Below, piece by piece: positions 9,517 through 20,623 of a stretch of 36,401 nt of DNA. The stretch spans positions 1 to 36,401 of the forward strand of contig JAYEOM010000095.1 of the NCBI GenBank assembly GCA_034722955.1. The letters are read 5' to 3'. The stretch is from Campylobacterota bacterium (lineage in GTDB: Bacteria > Campylobacterota > Campylobacteria > Campylobacterales > Sulfurovaceae). Below the pieces are notes generated by a model, which worked only from the letters and a program-made list of their open reading frames with translations, did no database searches and had not been told where the DNA came from. The stretch's first letter is position 1. Every line of letters starts with the position of its first letter. Position numbers and translations under genes: made by a program.

Positions 9517-10389
9517 ATGTCAATTTTAGTAAACAAAGATACAAAAGTAATCGTACAAGGTTTTACAGGTAAAGAGGGATCTTTCCACGCAGAGCAGTGC
9601 ATCGCTTATGGTACCAATATCGTGGGTGGTGTCACACCAAACAAAGGTGGTCAAACACACCTAGGTCAACCAGTATTCAATACAGTCGGTGAAGCAGTAG
9701 TTACCACTGGTGCTACAGTCTCTATGATCTTTGTGCCGCCTGCATTTGTAGGTGACGCAGTGATGGAAGCAGCTGAAGCAGGTATCGAGCTTGCAGTCAT
9801 CATTACCGAAGGTGCTCCGGTCAAAGATATGCAAGCAGCTAAAGCTTATGCTACCAAACATGGTATGATGACTATTGGACCAAACTGTCCGGGTGTCATC
9901 ACTGCCGAAGAGTGCAAGATCGGAATCATGCCTGGTATGATCTTCAAGAAAGGTAATGTTGGACTTATCTCCAAGTCCGGTACGCTGACTTATGAAGGTG
10001 CAAACCAAGTATGTAACGAAGGTTATGGTATAACAACAGCTGTTGGTATCGGTGGAGACCCGATCATAGGTCTCTCCTATAACCAAATCTTGCCAATGTT
10101 TGAAGCAGATCCAGAGACTGAAGCGATCGTGATGATCGGTGAGATCGGTGGAGATCTTGAGATCCAAGCAGCCAAACTTATCAAAGAGCAGATCACTAAG
10201 CCGGTTGTAGCCTTTATCGCTGGTCAAACTGCACCCAAAGGTAAAACCATGGGTCACGCAGGTGCTATCGTGTCTGGCTCTGCCGGTACAGCGAAAGAGA
10301 AGATGGAAGCACTTGAAGCCGCAGGTGTTAAAGTTGTCGTCTCTCCTGCTGAGATCGGAAAAGCAGTCAAAGAGCTTCTCTCCAAATAA
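9517..10389 (+). CDS. sucD: Succinyl-CoA synthetase alpha subunit
   Basis: [38 protein letters not shown] phospho-His motif. Confidence 0.97.
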   Translation: MSILVNKDTKVIVQGFTGKEGSFHAEQCIAYGTNIVGGVTPNKGGQTHLGQPVFNTVGEAVVTTGATVSMIFVPPAFVGDAVMEAAEAGIELAVIITEGAPVKDMQAAKAYATKHGMMTIGPNCPGVITAEECKIGIMPGMIFKKGNVGLISKSGTLTYEGANQVCNEGYGITTAVGIGGDPIIGLSYNQILPMFEADPETEAIVMIGEIGGDLEIQAAKLIKEQITKPVVAFIAGQTAPKGKTMGHAGAIVSGSAGTAKEKMEALEAAGVKVVVSPAEIGKAVKELLSK

Positions 10390-10403
10390 GCTTGACAACT
10401 CTC

Positions 10404-10428
10404 AACTCTCACGATTTCGTGGGAGTTT
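10404..10428 (+). terminator. Terminator-like hairpin after sucD
   Basis: AACTCTCACGA-tt-TCGTGGGAGTT. Confidence 0.55.
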
Positions 10429-10659
10429 AAAGCCATACTAAGAAGTTCCAATCAACAAAAAAATAGATCAAAAACATAACTTCTCATAAGATCAAATCAC
10501 TCTATTTTTCTTGCTTCATATCGTAACAAATTATATTATCCTAACAATAATAATAGATTATTCATATACTCATTATCTAAACTAAGATATTCTTAATCAT
10601 AAGTGAAATGGAATTCTTATCACTTTATCAACACAACTAAACTTTAGAAGGGGAAAATA

Positions 10660-10980
10660 ATGGCAGCAATGGTAGCTCCCGAGAATACTCCAGTATGGGT
10701 AGATACGGCAAGATGTAAAGCTTGTGATATCTGCGTGGATGCATGTCCTGCAGGTGTACTTTCAATGAAGCAAGAACCAACTTCGACTCTAGGTGCAATG
10801 ATCTCTGTGATCGCTCCAGAAGCATGTATCGGATGTAATGAGTGTGAACTCACTTGTCCTGACTTTGCGATCTATGTAGCAGAGAAAAAAGAGTTTAAAT
10901 TTGCTAAACTCACAGATGCTTCAAAAGCAAGACAAGAGGCAATTGTAAACAATAAATATAGATTACCTGCGGGTTATTAA
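10660..10980 (+). CDS. oorD: 2-oxoglutarate:acceptor oxidoreductase, ferredoxin-like subunit (2x[4Fe-4S])
   Basis: CKACDICVDACP and CIGCNECELTCPDFAI; first gene of the four-gene oor operon. Confidence 0.93.
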   Translation: MAAMVAPENTPVWVDTARCKACDICVDACPAGVLSMKQEPTSTLGAMISVIAPEACIGCNECELTCPDFAIYVAEKKEFKFAKLTDASKARQEAIVNNKYRLPAGY

Positions 10981-10989
10981 GGAGAATGA

Positions 10990-12141
10990 ATGGCAACTAG
11001 AGAAGTAATATCAACTGGTAATGAACTGGCAGCTATAGCAGGTGTTGATGCTGGATGTACATTTTTTGGAGGTTATCCACTAACACCATCGAGTGAAGTA
11101 ATGCATGTTATCTCCGACCTTTTACCTAAGGTTGGCGGTACATGTATTCAGATGGAAGATGAGATAGGGGCGATTTGTGCAGTCATTGGTGCAGGAATGG
11201 CAGGAACTAGAACTATGACTGGTACTTCCGGTCCTGGTATGAGTCTTAAAGCAGAGAACTTGGGTCTTGCTCAAATGGCAGAGGTGCCTCTGGTATGTGT
11301 CAATGTCATGAGAGGTGGTCCGTCAACTGGTCTCCCGACGCGTGTATCTCAAGGAGATATCAAACAGGCGAGTAACCCATCTCATGGAGATTACCGTTCC
11401 ATTACATTATGTGCAGGTTCCTTGGCTGAGTGTTATACTGAAACAGTAAGAGCATTTAACCTTGCAGATAGATTTATGCAGCCGGTAATTGTTCTACTAG
11501 ATGAGACGATTGGGCATATGCATGGTAAGGCAGAACTTCCAACAGCAGAAGATGTCAAAGCAGGTATCGTTCCGAGAAAAACATTTGATGGACCAGCCGA
11601 CGAGTATTTCCCATATGAGTGTGGACCAACTGAGCCTGCAACATTGAACCCGATGTTCGAGGGATACAGATATCACTATACAGGGCTTCACCATGATAAA
11701 AATGGTTTCCCGACAGAGGAGATCGAGACTTGTAGAAAACTGATCCAGAGACTTGAAGACAAAGTTATGGCTCACCAAGATGAGATCGAATCAAACGAAG
11801 AGTTCATGTGTGATGATTTGACTGGAGAAGAGGGTGAAGTATTGATCATCGCTTACGGTTCAGTGTCACTAGCAGCAAAAGAGGCGATCAGACACCTTAG
11901 AGAAGATGGGATCAAAGCGGGACTATTTAGACCTATTACTATCTGGCCATCTCCTGCAAATAGAATTAAAGAGATGACAGATAAAGTCAAAAATGTACTC
12001 TGTGTCGAGTTGAACATTAGACAATATACAGATGAGATAGAGAGAGCTTCAGGCAGACTTGATATTGAAGGTCTTTATAAAGTAAATGGTAGACCAATCT
12101 CTCCTTATGAGATAGTAAATAAAGTAAAAGAGGTATTTTAA
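10990..12141 (+). CDS. oorA: 2-oxoglutarate:acceptor oxidoreductase alpha subunit
   Basis: GYPLTPSSE, QMEDEI, TSGPG, MRGGPSTGLPT, HGD. Confidence 0.95.
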   Translation: MATREVISTGNELAAIAGVDAGCTFFGGYPLTPSSEVMHVISDLLPKVGGTCIQMEDEIGAICAVIGAGMAGTRTMTGTSGPGMSLKAENLGLAQMAEVPLVCVNVMRGGPSTGLPTRVSQGDIKQASNPSHGDYRSITLCAGSLAECYTETVRAFNLADRFMQPVIVLLDETIGHMHGKAELPTAEDVKAGIVPRKTFDGPADEYFPYECGPTEPATLNPMFEGYRYHYTGLHHDKNGFPTEEIETCRKLIQRLEDKVMAHQDEIESNEEFMCDDLTGEEGEVLIIAYGSVSLAAKEAIRHLREDGIKAGLFRPITIWPSPANRIKEMTDKVKNVLCVELNIRQYTDEIERASGRLDIEGLYKVNGRPISPYEIVNKVKEVF

Positions 12142-12142
12142 T

Positions 12143-13000
12143 ATGGCATTTAATTACGATCAATATTTAAGACTAGAAAAGATGCCAACACTGTGGTGTT
12201 GGGGTTGTGGTGATGGTGTTATTCTAAAAGCATTTATCAGAGCAGTAGATAAGCTCGGTATTAGCCAAAATGATATGTGTGTTGTCTCCGGGATCGGTTG
12301 TTCAGGAAGATTCTCTTCTTATGTCGATTTCAATACAGTACACACGACACACGGTAGAACAGTAGCTTATGCAACTGGTATCAAGCTTGCTAACCCAGAC
12401 AAGCATGTAGTGTGTGTTGCCGGTGACGGTGATGCACTTGCGATCGGTGGTAACCATACGATCCACGGGTGTAGAAGAAACATCGATATCACGATGATCG
12501 TTATTCAAAACTTTATCTATGGTTTGACTAACTCTCAGACTTCTCCTACTACGCCTCAAGGTATGTGGACAGTTACTCAAAAAGCAGGTAACATTGATCC
12601 TACTTTTGATGGTTGTGAACTTGCTATTGCTTCTGGTGCTTCATTTGTAGCTAGAGAAAATGTAACTGCACCTAAGAAACTGGAAAAAATGTTTGTTCAA
12701 GCACTTGAGCATAAAGGTTTTGCCTATGTTGAAGCACTCTCTAACTGTCATATTAACCTCGGTAGAAAGAATAAAATGGTTTCTGCTATGGAGAATCTAG
12801 ACTGGATCGACAATATCACAGTTCCTAAAAAGAAGTATGATGCATTGAGCGAAGAGGAGCAATTGAACCTATTCCCAACAGGTATTTTGAAACAGGATAC
12901 GGTTGTAAGAGAGTATTGTGATATGTATCAAGACATTATCGATGTTCATCAGGGTAAAAGAGGCAAAATTACTCAAGATGACTTTGAGAAAAAGATATAA
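12143..13000 (+). CDS. oorB: 2-oxoglutarate:acceptor oxidoreductase beta (TPP-binding) subunit
   Basis: WCWGCGDG, SGIGCS, HTTHGR, GDGD..IGGNH, YGLTNSQTSPTT. Confidence 0.95.
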   Translation: MAFNYDQYLRLEKMPTLWCWGCGDGVILKAFIRAVDKLGISQNDMCVVSGIGCSGRFSSYVDFNTVHTTHGRTVAYATGIKLANPDKHVVCVAGDGDALAIGGNHTIHGCRRNIDITMIVIQNFIYGLTNSQTSPTTPQGMWTVTQKAGNIDPTFDGCELAIASGASFVARENVTAPKKLEKMFVQALEHKGFAYVEALSNCHINLGRKNKMVSAMENLDWIDNITVPKKKYDALSEEEQLNLFPTGILKQDTVVREYCDMYQDIIDVHQGKRGKITQDDFEKKI

Positions 13001-13011
13001 GGAGAAACATC

Positions 13012-13572
13012 ATGGCTAAAACATTAATGAGATTTACAGGTGTTGGTGGACAAGGTGTTCTTCTTGCTGGTGAGATCTTTGCTGCGGCAAAGATCAAAAC
13101 CGGTGGTTTCGGACTAAAAACAGCAACATATACATCACAAGTGCGTGGCGGACCGACTGTTGTTGATATACAACTAGATGATAAAGAGATCTACTATCCA
13201 TATGCAAATGATGGTGAGATCAACTTCATGCTTTCAGTTGCAAATGTAAGCTACCAGTCATTCAAAGATGGTGTTAAGCCCGGCGGAACAATCGTTATTG
13301 AGCCAAACTTGGTAACACCTACTGAAGAGGATAGAAAGACTTGGAATATCGTTGAGATACCTATCATTACTATCGCAAAAGAGGAGGTAGGAAATGTGAT
13401 CACTCAATCAGTTGTTGCTCTTGCTATCGCAAATACATATATGAAAGCGATCGACAAGAAAATACTTATCGATACAATGCTCTCTAAAGTACCTGCCAAA
13501 GTACATGACATCAACCTCAAAGCCTATGATCTTGGTGAAAAATACGCTAAAGAGTCAATGGCTACAGCGTAA
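13012..13572 (+). CDS. oorC: 2-oxoglutarate:acceptor oxidoreductase gamma subunit
   Basis: TGVGGQGVLLAG, YTSQVRGG, INLKAYDLG. Confidence 0.95.
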   Translation: MAKTLMRFTGVGGQGVLLAGEIFAAAKIKTGGFGLKTATYTSQVRGGPTVVDIQLDDKEIYYPYANDGEINFMLSVANVSYQSFKDGVKPGGTIVIEPNLVTPTEEDRKTWNIVEIPIITIAKEEVGNVITQSVVALAIANTYMKAIDKKILIDTMLSKVPAKVHDINLKAYDLGEKYAKESMATA

Positions 13573-13599
13573 CCACTCAACTCTAATACTAGAAGTACG

Positions 13600-13660
13600 G
13601 TAGGGGTCATGTATTGCAAAATCTACTCACGAAGAGAGTGGGTTTTCAACACTTGGCTCC
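13600..13660. repeat. Imperfect palindrome beginning GTAG-GGGTCA (REP-like, or terminator of oor operon)
   Basis: GGGGTCATGTATTGCAAAATCTACTC vs reverse complement of right arm GGAGCCAAGTGTTGAAAACCCACTC. Confidence 0.45.
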
Positions 13661-13858
13661 AGCTGAGGTCATGCGTCGACTGCTTCATTTAGCTACGCTT
13701 CACAAAACACTCAACACAATAATACAAATAATTGAAAATATTTTTCATTTTTTCCAAACATATTTATTGTTTGTGTCCTGACCCCCAATGGTAGCTTGGC
13801 TGATATTGACTTTATTGGTGGTTTGTCACCCTATAATCCCAGAGACAAAATTGATGTG

Positions 13859-14419
13859 TCATATTGGATTGATCTGCTCTATATGGTCACCTTGTTGGGT
13901 GATGACACTATAGCCTTTTTTGAGTGCTTGTTCCTGGAGATGTTTTGGAAATATCTTGCCTGCCAATGCTCCTATGACTCTATAGTCTCTATATAGCGGA
14001 TGAAAATAGTCAAACCTCTCCATGATCTTATCTAGTTGGTCTATACTCTTTTGGCTTACTCTATTTTTGACCTCTACTACCCCTACGCTAGAGCTATTTT
14101 CTAGTAGTATATCTATCTCTTGTGTCTCACCCTTGAAGTCTCTTTTGCTGTTTTGATAGATATAATCGAAGTTTATATTGGCAATGGTTGGATTTTTCTT
14201 GAGTGATGAGTAGAAGAACTCTTCTGCTTCTAAGCCGATAGATCTATTGACTCCATCTATATTTTGAGTCAGTGCTGCTACTTTTCTGCTCGTCTCTTGT
14301 ATCTGCTCATCAGTCTTTTTCATCTGCTCATCAGTCTTTTTCATCTGCTCATCAGTTTGAGCTTGTGCTTCTCTTAGTTTCAGTATCGCTTGGGTTAACT
14401 CTTCGTTTGTTATCATCAT
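13859..14419 (-). CDS. Coiled-coil + PD-(D/E)XK nuclease-like protein (DUF3782-like architecture)
   Basis: N-terminal heptads (TDEQMKK x2-3), then EEFFY..EIDILLEN...VVEVK motif; AGAAAGGGA RBS-like sequence upstream. Confidence 0.75.
   Translation of the reverse strand: MMITNEELTQAILKLREAQAQTDEQMKKTDEQMKKTDEQIQETSRKVAALTQNIDGVNRSIGLEAEEFFYSSLKKNPTIANINFDYIYQNSKRDFKGETQEIDILLENSSSVGVVEVKNRVSQKSIDQLDKIMERFDYFHPLYRDYRVIGALAGKIFPKHLQEQALKKGYSVITQQGDHIEQINPI
14301..14356. repeat. 21-bp in-frame tandem repeat (about 2.7 copies)
   Basis: ATCTGCTCATCAGTCTTTTTC x2 + ATCTGCTCATCAGT. Confidence 0.9.
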
Positions 14420-14475
14420 CTATCCCTTCTATTTTATTATAGCGAAGTTTTGATTATGGGGCAGATTGAATAGAT

Positions 14476-14601
14476 GGTCGATAAATCGACCCTACGGTTG
14501 CAACAATTATGAGCCATATCACGCGTAGGGTCGAAATATTGGAACCTACACCTCTACCGTGTGAACTCGACTGCAGGGCAACCACAAGGGATTGCCCCTA
14601 C
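14476..14601. repeat. Cluster of GTAG-family REP-like palindromes
   Basis: 14476-14495 (-) GTAG-GGTCGATTTATCGACC; 14525 onward (+) GTAGGGTCGAAATATTGGAACCTAC (degenerate); 14576-14601 (-) GTAG-GGGCAATCCCTTGTGGTTGCCC. Confidence 0.75.
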
Positions 14602-14611
14602 AATTTTCAGA

Positions 14612-14965
14612 CTACATATTTTTATGTGTATCTTCGTGTAGATGATTCCAGATGAGTTTCCCCCCGCCTAGGAGATGAAAGTGAAGATGGTGTATCTCTT
14701 GACCTCCATCATCTCCATTGTTGGTGATGAGTCTGTATCCTGTTTTGTCTACACCTACTTTGGCTGCGACCTCTTGAATAAATGGTGTTATCTCTGCCAT
14801 CATAGATGCCGGAGTTGACTGAAAGCACTCTACATGCTCTTTGGGGATGATGAGTATATGGATAGGTGCTTTTGGGTATAGATCATGAAAAGCTAAAAAT
14901 TTATCATTTTCAGCAACAGTATTGTTGGGTATATCTCCATTGGCAATTTTACAAAATAGACACAC
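14612..14965 (-). CDS. Histidine triad (HIT/HINT) nucleotide-binding protein
   Basis: CLFCKI, HILIIPK, GQEIHHLHFHLLGG triad; likely GTG start at 14965 after AGGAG rather than the 14998 ATG. Confidence 0.93.
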   Translation of the reverse strand: MCLFCKIANGDIPNNTVAENDKFLAFHDLYPKAPIHILIIPKEHVECFQSTPASMMAEITPFIQEVAAKVGVDKTGYRLITNNGDDGGQEIHHLHFHLLGGGKLIWNHLHEDTHKNM

Positions 14966-15085
14966 TGTTATCTCCTGAGTGTTTGATTTATTATCCAATT
15001 ATAACATATCAAAAGTGCGATAAATCCCACTATTATGATATTTTGGATAAAATCACATAATTTTGATGTATAAAACAGAGGATCA

Positions 15086-16078
15086 ATGAAAAATTTAGAA
15101 GAGAAAATAGTAGAAGCGGATTCGCTTGAAACACTAGAGAAGATACGGGTTGAACTCTTTGGAAAAAAAGGATTGCTAGCAGCAGAGTTTTCTAAACTCA
15201 AAGATATCCCAGGACCAGAGAAAAAAGCATTTGCCGAGGGGCTAAACAGAAACAAAGCTGCACTTCAAGCTAAATTTGACAACCATTATGAGATGCTCAA
15301 AGCTAGAGAGATCGAAGCGATGCTAAAAGATGAGGCTATCGATGTATCGCTCTATGGCAGAGTTGCCCAAAAAGGGGCATTGCACCCTGTCATGGAGACG
15401 ATGGACAAGATCATCGACTACTTTGTCGCGATGAATTTTGCTGTGGAGAGCGGTCCTATGGTAGAGGATGACTTCCATAACTTTGAAGCACTCAACCTGC
15501 CCAAGTATCATCCAGCTAGAGATATGCAAGATACCTTCTACTTCAATGATGGTGGTCTATTGCGTACACACACCTCTCCTGTTCAGATACGGACGATGCT
15601 GGAGAGTAGACCGCCTATCCGTATGATAGCACCTGGATCAGTATTTAGGCGTGATTACGACTTGACACATACGCCGATGTTTCACCAAGTCGAGGGGTTG
15701 GTCGTTGATGATAAAGGCAAAGTAAATTTTGCCAACCTCAAGTCGATATTGACAGATTTTCTGCACTATATGTTTGGAGATGTGGCAGTACGCTTTAGAC
15801 CTAGTTTTTTCCCTTTCACCGAACCCTCAGCCGAAGTGGATATCAGCTGTATTTTTTGTGAGGGCAAAGGGTGTCGTGTCTGTTCTCATACAGGCTGGCT
15901 AGAGGTGTTGGGCTGTGGGATTGTAGACCCCAATGTATTTAAAGAGGTTGGGTATGATGATGTGAGTGGTTATGCCTTTGGTTTAGGTGTAGAGAGGTTT
16001 GCGATGTTGATCCATCAGATCCCGGATCTTCGTTCACTCTTTGAGGGAGATATTCGTTTGTTGGAGCAGTTTAGATGA
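15086..16078 (+). CDS. pheS: Phenylalanine-tRNA ligase alpha subunit
   Basis: [45 protein letters not shown]. Confidence 0.98.
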   Translation: MKNLEEKIVEADSLETLEKIRVELFGKKGLLAAEFSKLKDIPGPEKKAFAEGLNRNKAALQAKFDNHYEMLKAREIEAMLKDEAIDVSLYGRVAQKGALHPVMETMDKIIDYFVAMNFAVESGPMVEDDFHNFEALNLPKYHPARDMQDTFYFNDGGLLRTHTSPVQIRTMLESRPPIRMIAPGSVFRRDYDLTHTPMFHQVEGLVVDDKGKVNFANLKSILTDFLHYMFGDVAVRFRPSFFPFTEPSAEVDISCIFCEGKGCRVCSHTGWLEVLGCGIVDPNVFKEVGYDDVSGYAFGLGVERFAMLIHQIPDLRSLFEGDIRLLEQFR

Positions 16079-18408
16079 TAGTAACAAAAAGTTGGTTAAA
16101 TGAATTTGTAGATTTAGAGAGTATCTCCAATGAGAGGCTGTATGAAACTTTCAATGCCATAGGTTTGGAAGTAGATAGCATCAAGAGTTATAGAGTTCCG
16201 CAAAAGGTAGTCATAGGAAAAATCATCTCTTGTGAAAAACATCCTGATGCTGACAAACTCAATGTCTGTAGAGTAGATGTAGGTGCAGGTATAAAACAGA
16301 TCGTCTGCGGAGCTGCCAATGTTGTAGATGCAGAGTATGTAGCAGTAGCACTCATCGGTGCTATTTTGCCTGATGATTTTGAGATCAAGTTTGCAACACT
16401 TCGCGGTGTTGATAGTGAGGGCATGATCTGTGCTTCATCTGAGTTGGGACTTCCAGATACAGGCAAGGGTATCATGATCCTTGACAGCAGTATCGGAGAG
16501 TTGGAGATTGGGCTGGAGCTGGGTGGTTATGAGAGAGTCTCTGATAGTGTGATAGAGCTTGAGTTGACAGCAAATAGAGGAGATTGTCTCAGTATCCATG
16601 GAGTGGCTAGAGATTTGAGTGTAGCATTGAATCGTGAGCTTAAACCATTTGAATATCATAACAAAACCATAGAGCAGCTAGATATCTCATGGGTAGCAGA
16701 TCTGCAAACCAGAGGAGATACCGAAGCTGATCTATGTTACCAGCTTGCTGCAATTGGAGAGGTAAATGCACCGTTTTTGATAACTCTTAGAGTGGCTATG
16801 GTGGAGCTTGAGCTGGGTAGTAGATTGGACAATCTGTTGGCATATACGACCCATGCGACTGGTGTCATCATGCGTCTCTATGATGCCAAAGCAGTTCAAG
16901 ATGAAGATGGCAAAGCTCTGTTGAGTATATCATCCAAAGAGAGAGGTATCACTTCGGTTAGTGCAAAAGAGGAGCTTCTCTCTATCGTTGGTGTCAACCA
17001 AAATAGTCACTCTATGGCAAAAGATAACTCTGAGCTTCTCTTGATCGAATCTAGCTATACTCACCCTGACCTTTTGGTAGAGGCTATAGCAAACAAGGAT
17101 TTGGATAGAGATACACTCTACTACAAAACCTCTAGGGGAAGTGAATCAAACCTGCTGTCTGGTATGGAGTACCTATCTAGTTTGCTGGAAGGAGACTCAG
17201 AGTGCAGATATTATGATGGATATCTCGATGTGACTTCAGCTTGGGAGCCTACGGCTATAGCTGTGGATTGTGAAGAGATCTGCTCTATCATTGGACAGGA
17301 GATCGATAGTGAGAAGATCGTGACTATCTTAGACAATCTAGGGTTTGATATCTTGAATAGAGATGGAGATAGATTTGGTGTTGCTGTGCCTCGCTATCGT
17401 CACGATATCAAAAATATTCAAGATGTAACCGAAGAGATAGTTCGTATCATAGGGATCAATAATATAAAATCCAAACCTCTTGATTTTCTAGAGTTAAATC
17501 GATTGAACCAGACTACTTCTCGGTATGCTTTCAAAAAAGCACTGCGTCATCGTGCTGCATCCGCCGGTCTATATGAAAATGTAAGCTATCTATTTAGTGA
17601 ACGGTGCAGACTTAAAGCGTATGGATTTGATCTTGTTGAGGAGGAGCTTGATCTGACCAATCCTATAGCAGAGGATTTGAATACGCTCAGAAGTACTATC
17701 CTGGTCAATCTCCTAGAGGCAGTGAAGCGTAATGTAAACTATACAGAGAAGTCTATAGGACTCTTTGAGATAGGTGCCGTGTTCAATGAAAAGAGAGAGC
17801 AGAGAGAGGTTCTCTCCATGATCTTTAGCGGACAAGAGTCTGCTGAGAGTATCAGTAATAGCGGAAAACCTGAGATGATTGATTTTGCATCTTTTGTGGC
17901 AAAACTGGGTTCTGTAGTAGGTAGTTTTGAGCTGGTCACCTCTACGCAGGAGAGTGGCTTGATACACCCATATCAATCTGCCGATATTCTATATAGAGGG
18001 GCAAAGTGCGGTTTTGTCAGCAAGCTTCATCCTGTAGTACAGGAGGAGTATGGCATCTATGATACATTTATTGCTGAGTTGGAGATGGAGGCACTTATGC
18101 CGCTGCATATCAATGCAGAGCCGATCTCAAAATTTCAAGGGGTCTACAAAGATCTAAGTATAGTGATCAAAGATAGCTTGCCATATAGCCAAATAAGCAG
18201 AGAGATAGATCTACTAGCTATTGATATATTAAAAAACTGGTATCCTGTCGATATCTATAGGGATGAGGCACTTGGAGAGAAGAGGAGTTTGACCATTCGA
18301 TTTTTTATACAGTCTATGGATAAGACACTTGAAGAGGGAGATATAGAGAGTGTGATATCCTCTATTATGAATAGATTGGAGCAGTCGTGTCAAGCAACAC
18401 TACGATAA
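16075..18408 (+). CDS. pheT: Phenylalanine-tRNA ligase beta subunit
   Basis: [36 protein letters not shown]-terminal anticodon-binding domain; ATGA overlap with pheS. Confidence 0.97.
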   Translation: MIVTKSWLNEFVDLESISNERLYETFNAIGLEVDSIKSYRVPQKVVIGKIISCEKHPDADKLNVCRVDVGAGIKQIVCGAANVVDAEYVAVALIGAILPDDFEIKFATLRGVDSEGMICASSELGLPDTGKGIMILDSSIGELEIGLELGGYERVSDSVIELELTANRGDCLSIHGVARDLSVALNRELKPFEYHNKTIEQLDISWVADLQTRGDTEADLCYQLAAIGEVNAPFLITLRVAMVELELGSRLDNLLAYTTHATGVIMRLYDAKAVQDEDGKALLSISSKERGITSVSAKEELLSIVGVNQNSHSMAKDNSELLLIESSYTHPDLLVEAIANKDLDRDTLYYKTSRGSESNLLSGMEYLSSLLEGDSECRYYDGYLDVTSAWEPTAIAVDCEEICSIIGQEIDSEKIVTILDNLGFDILNRDGDRFGVAVPRYRHDIKNIQDVTEEIVRIIGINNIKSKPLDFLELNRLNQTTSRYAFKKALRHRAASAGLYENVSYLFSERCRLKAYGFDLVEEELDLTNPIAEDLNTLRSTILVNLLEAVKRNVNYTEKSIGLFEIGAVFNEKREQREVLSMIFSGQESAESISNSGKPEMIDFASFVAKLGSVVGSFELVTSTQESGLIHPYQSADILYRGAKCGFVSKLHPVVQEEYGIYDTFIAELEMEALMPLHINAEPISKFQGVYKDLSIVIKDSLPYSQISREIDLLAIDILKNWYPVDIYRDEALGEKRSLTIRFFIQSMDKTLEEGDIESVISSIMNRLEQSCQATLR

Positions 18409-19706
18409 AAAAAGCCGTCATAAAACCCATATCGGGAAGATTTGAACTCATCTGTGCTGATATAGCCCCAGATAAATCGATCTCTCACCGTTGTGCAATG
18501 TTTTCACTGCTGAGTGATAAACCGTCAACCATCAAAAATTTTTTGCAGGGTGAAGATACACTGAACTCTCTCAATATTGCGGTACAGCTAGGGGCAAGAG
18601 TGGAGAGGTCGGAAGATACTATATCTATAGTTCCACCCAAATCTCTCGGTGAACCTGATGATCTGCTGGATTGTGGCAATGCAGGGACAGGCATGAGGCT
18701 CTATTGTGGTCTCTTGGCAGGAGTGGAGGGCTCATTTGTCTTGACAGGTGATAGATACCTCCGTCATCGCCCCATGAATAGAGTCACGAAACCGTTACGA
18801 AGTATAGGTGCAAAGATCGATGGAAGAGAGGATGGCAATCTAGCTCCTCTGACTATCAGAGGTGGTACGCTGAAGGCATTTCGCTATGAGTCTCCCATAG
18901 ACTCTGCACAAGTCAAATCAGCATTGATCCTAGCAGCACTGAGAGCTGATGAGAAGAGCTACTACAGAGAGACCCTGTTGAGTCGTGACCATACAGAGCG
19001 TATGCTTAGCGGTATGGGAGCAAAAGTGACAAAGATAGAGGAGGGAGAGAGTAGAGGATGGATAGAGATAGAGCCTCTATCTGCCCCTCTCGATCCTCTG
19101 ATCATGACTGTACCTGCTGATCCATCAAGTGGTTTTTTCTTTGCAGTTGCGGCAGCTATCACTCCCAACTCAAAAGTAGTGATCAAAGATGTGACACTCA
19201 ACCCCACACGCATAGAAGCCTATAGAGCACTGGAGCGTATGGGTGTGGAGATCAACTATATAGAGAGAGAGAATCTATATGAGCCTATAGGTGATATAGA
19301 GGTGATCTACAGTGGCAAAATGCATGCTATTAGAGTCGAAGAGAATATCGCTTGGCTGATAGATGAACTGCCTGCACTCTCGATCGCTATGGCGGTTGCA
19401 GAGGGGACAAGCCATATCTGCAACGCCAAAGAGCTTCGCGTCAAAGAGAGTGACCGTATCTCAACTGTAGTGAATGGTTTGAACTCTTGCGGTGTAGCGA
19501 CCAGGGAGTATGATGATGGCTATGAGGTGACTGGTGGAGAGATCAAAAAATCAACCATAGATAGCCACGGTGACCATCGTATTGCGATGAGCTTTGCAGT
19601 CGCAGGGTTGATAGATGGGATGGAGATCGTAGATACTGCATGTATAGATACATCGTTTCCAAACTTCTTCTCTATACTCTCCGAGATCACAGAAGTTGAA
19701 CTATGA
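18387..19706 (+). CDS. aroA: 3-phosphoshikimate 1-carboxyvinyltransferase (EPSP synthase)
   Basis: [44 protein letters not shown]; exact start uncertain. Confidence 0.96.
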   Translation: MSSNTTIKKAVIKPISGRFELICADIAPDKSISHRCAMFSLLSDKPSTIKNFLQGEDTLNSLNIAVQLGARVERSEDTISIVPPKSLGEPDDLLDCGNAGTGMRLYCGLLAGVEGSFVLTGDRYLRHRPMNRVTKPLRSIGAKIDGREDGNLAPLTIRGGTLKAFRYESPIDSAQVKSALILAALRADEKSYYRETLLSRDHTERMLSGMGAKVTKIEEGESRGWIEIEPLSAPLDPLIMTVPADPSSGFFFAVAAAITPNSKVVIKDVTLNPTRIEAYRALERMGVEINYIERENLYEPIGDIEVIYSGKMHAIRVEENIAWLIDELPALSIAMAVAEGTSHICNAKELRVKESDRISTVVNGLNSCGVATREYDDGYEVTGGEIKKSTIDSHGDHRIAMSFAVAGLIDGMEIVDTACIDTSFPNFFSILSEITEVEL

Positions 19707-20539
19707 GGATAGAGTTAGCATCAACTTACGGTTTCTGTTTTGGAGTCAAGAGAGCTATCAAGATCGCAGAGGAGCATCCAGGGAGTAAAACTTATGGTCC
19801 TTTGATACACAACAGAGATGAGATCAATAGACTCAAAGAGGGGTATTCGATAGGATTGGCAGAGTCTCTAGATGATATCAATGAAGAGGACTCTGTTGTG
19901 ATTCGTACCCATGGCATACCCAAAAAAGAGCTCACATCACTCAAGAAACAGGATACCCCCATCATAGATGCAACTTGTCCTTATGTCAGAACACCACAGC
20001 AAGATGTTGAAAAGATGAGTAGAGAGGGGTATAGTATCGTTATCTTTGGTGACAGAAATCATCCGGAGATCAAGGGTGTAGTGAGCTATGCACAAAACCG
20101 GGAAAATGCTTTTATCGTACTCAAAGCGGAGGAGTTGGAGGGTCTCCCTCTCAAGTCAAAAGTTGCCGTAGTAGCACAAACCACTAGAAAGCCTGAAGAT
20201 TTCATCAAGATCACATCTGCACTCATACTGAAGTATAAAGAGGTACGCGTCTTCAATACTATCTGCAATGCAACATTTGAAAATCAGGATGCAGCAGCTG
20301 ATTTGGCAAAAAGGGCTGATATCATGGTGGTCATAGGAGGGAAACACTCCTCCAATACCAAGCAGCTGCACTCTATATGCAGGGATTATTGCAAAGATAG
20401 TTATCTGATAGAGAATGAAGTTGAACTTGATAGGGATTGGTTTGGAGGTAAAAAACTCTGTGGTATATCAGCAGGTGCCTCCACACCGGACTGGATAGTC
20501 CAAAATGTGATCGATGAGATTGAGAAACTGAAAGTATAA
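19703..20539 (+). CDS. ispH: 4-hydroxy-3-methylbut-2-enyl diphosphate reductase
   Basis: [45 protein letters not shown]. Confidence 0.97.
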   Translation: MRIELASTYGFCFGVKRAIKIAEEHPGSKTYGPLIHNRDEINRLKEGYSIGLAESLDDINEEDSVVIRTHGIPKKELTSLKKQDTPIIDATCPYVRTPQQDVEKMSREGYSIVIFGDRNHPEIKGVVSYAQNRENAFIVLKAEELEGLPLKSKVAVVAQTTRKPEDFIKITSALILKYKEVRVFNTICNATFENQDAAADLAKRADIMVVIGGKHSSNTKQLHSICRDYCKDSYLIENEVELDRDWFGGKKLCGISAGASTPDWIVQNVIDEIEKLKV

Positions 20540-20580
20540 ACAATATCTTTGACCATTATCCGAGTTTAAATAAAAAAGGG

Positions 20581-20586
20581 TATAAT
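20581..20586 (+). promoter_or_regulatory. Putative sigma70 -10 box upstream of rpsA
   Basis: TATAAT 37 nt upstream of the ATG, preceded by an A-tract. Confidence 0.5.
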
Positions 20587-20623
20587 GACGCCCAAAACTA
20601 GGTTAACATAAGGATGTGGTAGT

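Noticed and set aside
9165..10451. Long antisense ORFs over sucC/sucD (including the 245-aa one)
   Set aside because: Fully overlap conserved genes and have no recognisable motifs; codon-bias shadows
13796..13996. 66-aa + strand ORF
   Set aside because: Antisense overlap with the better-supported minus-strand gene
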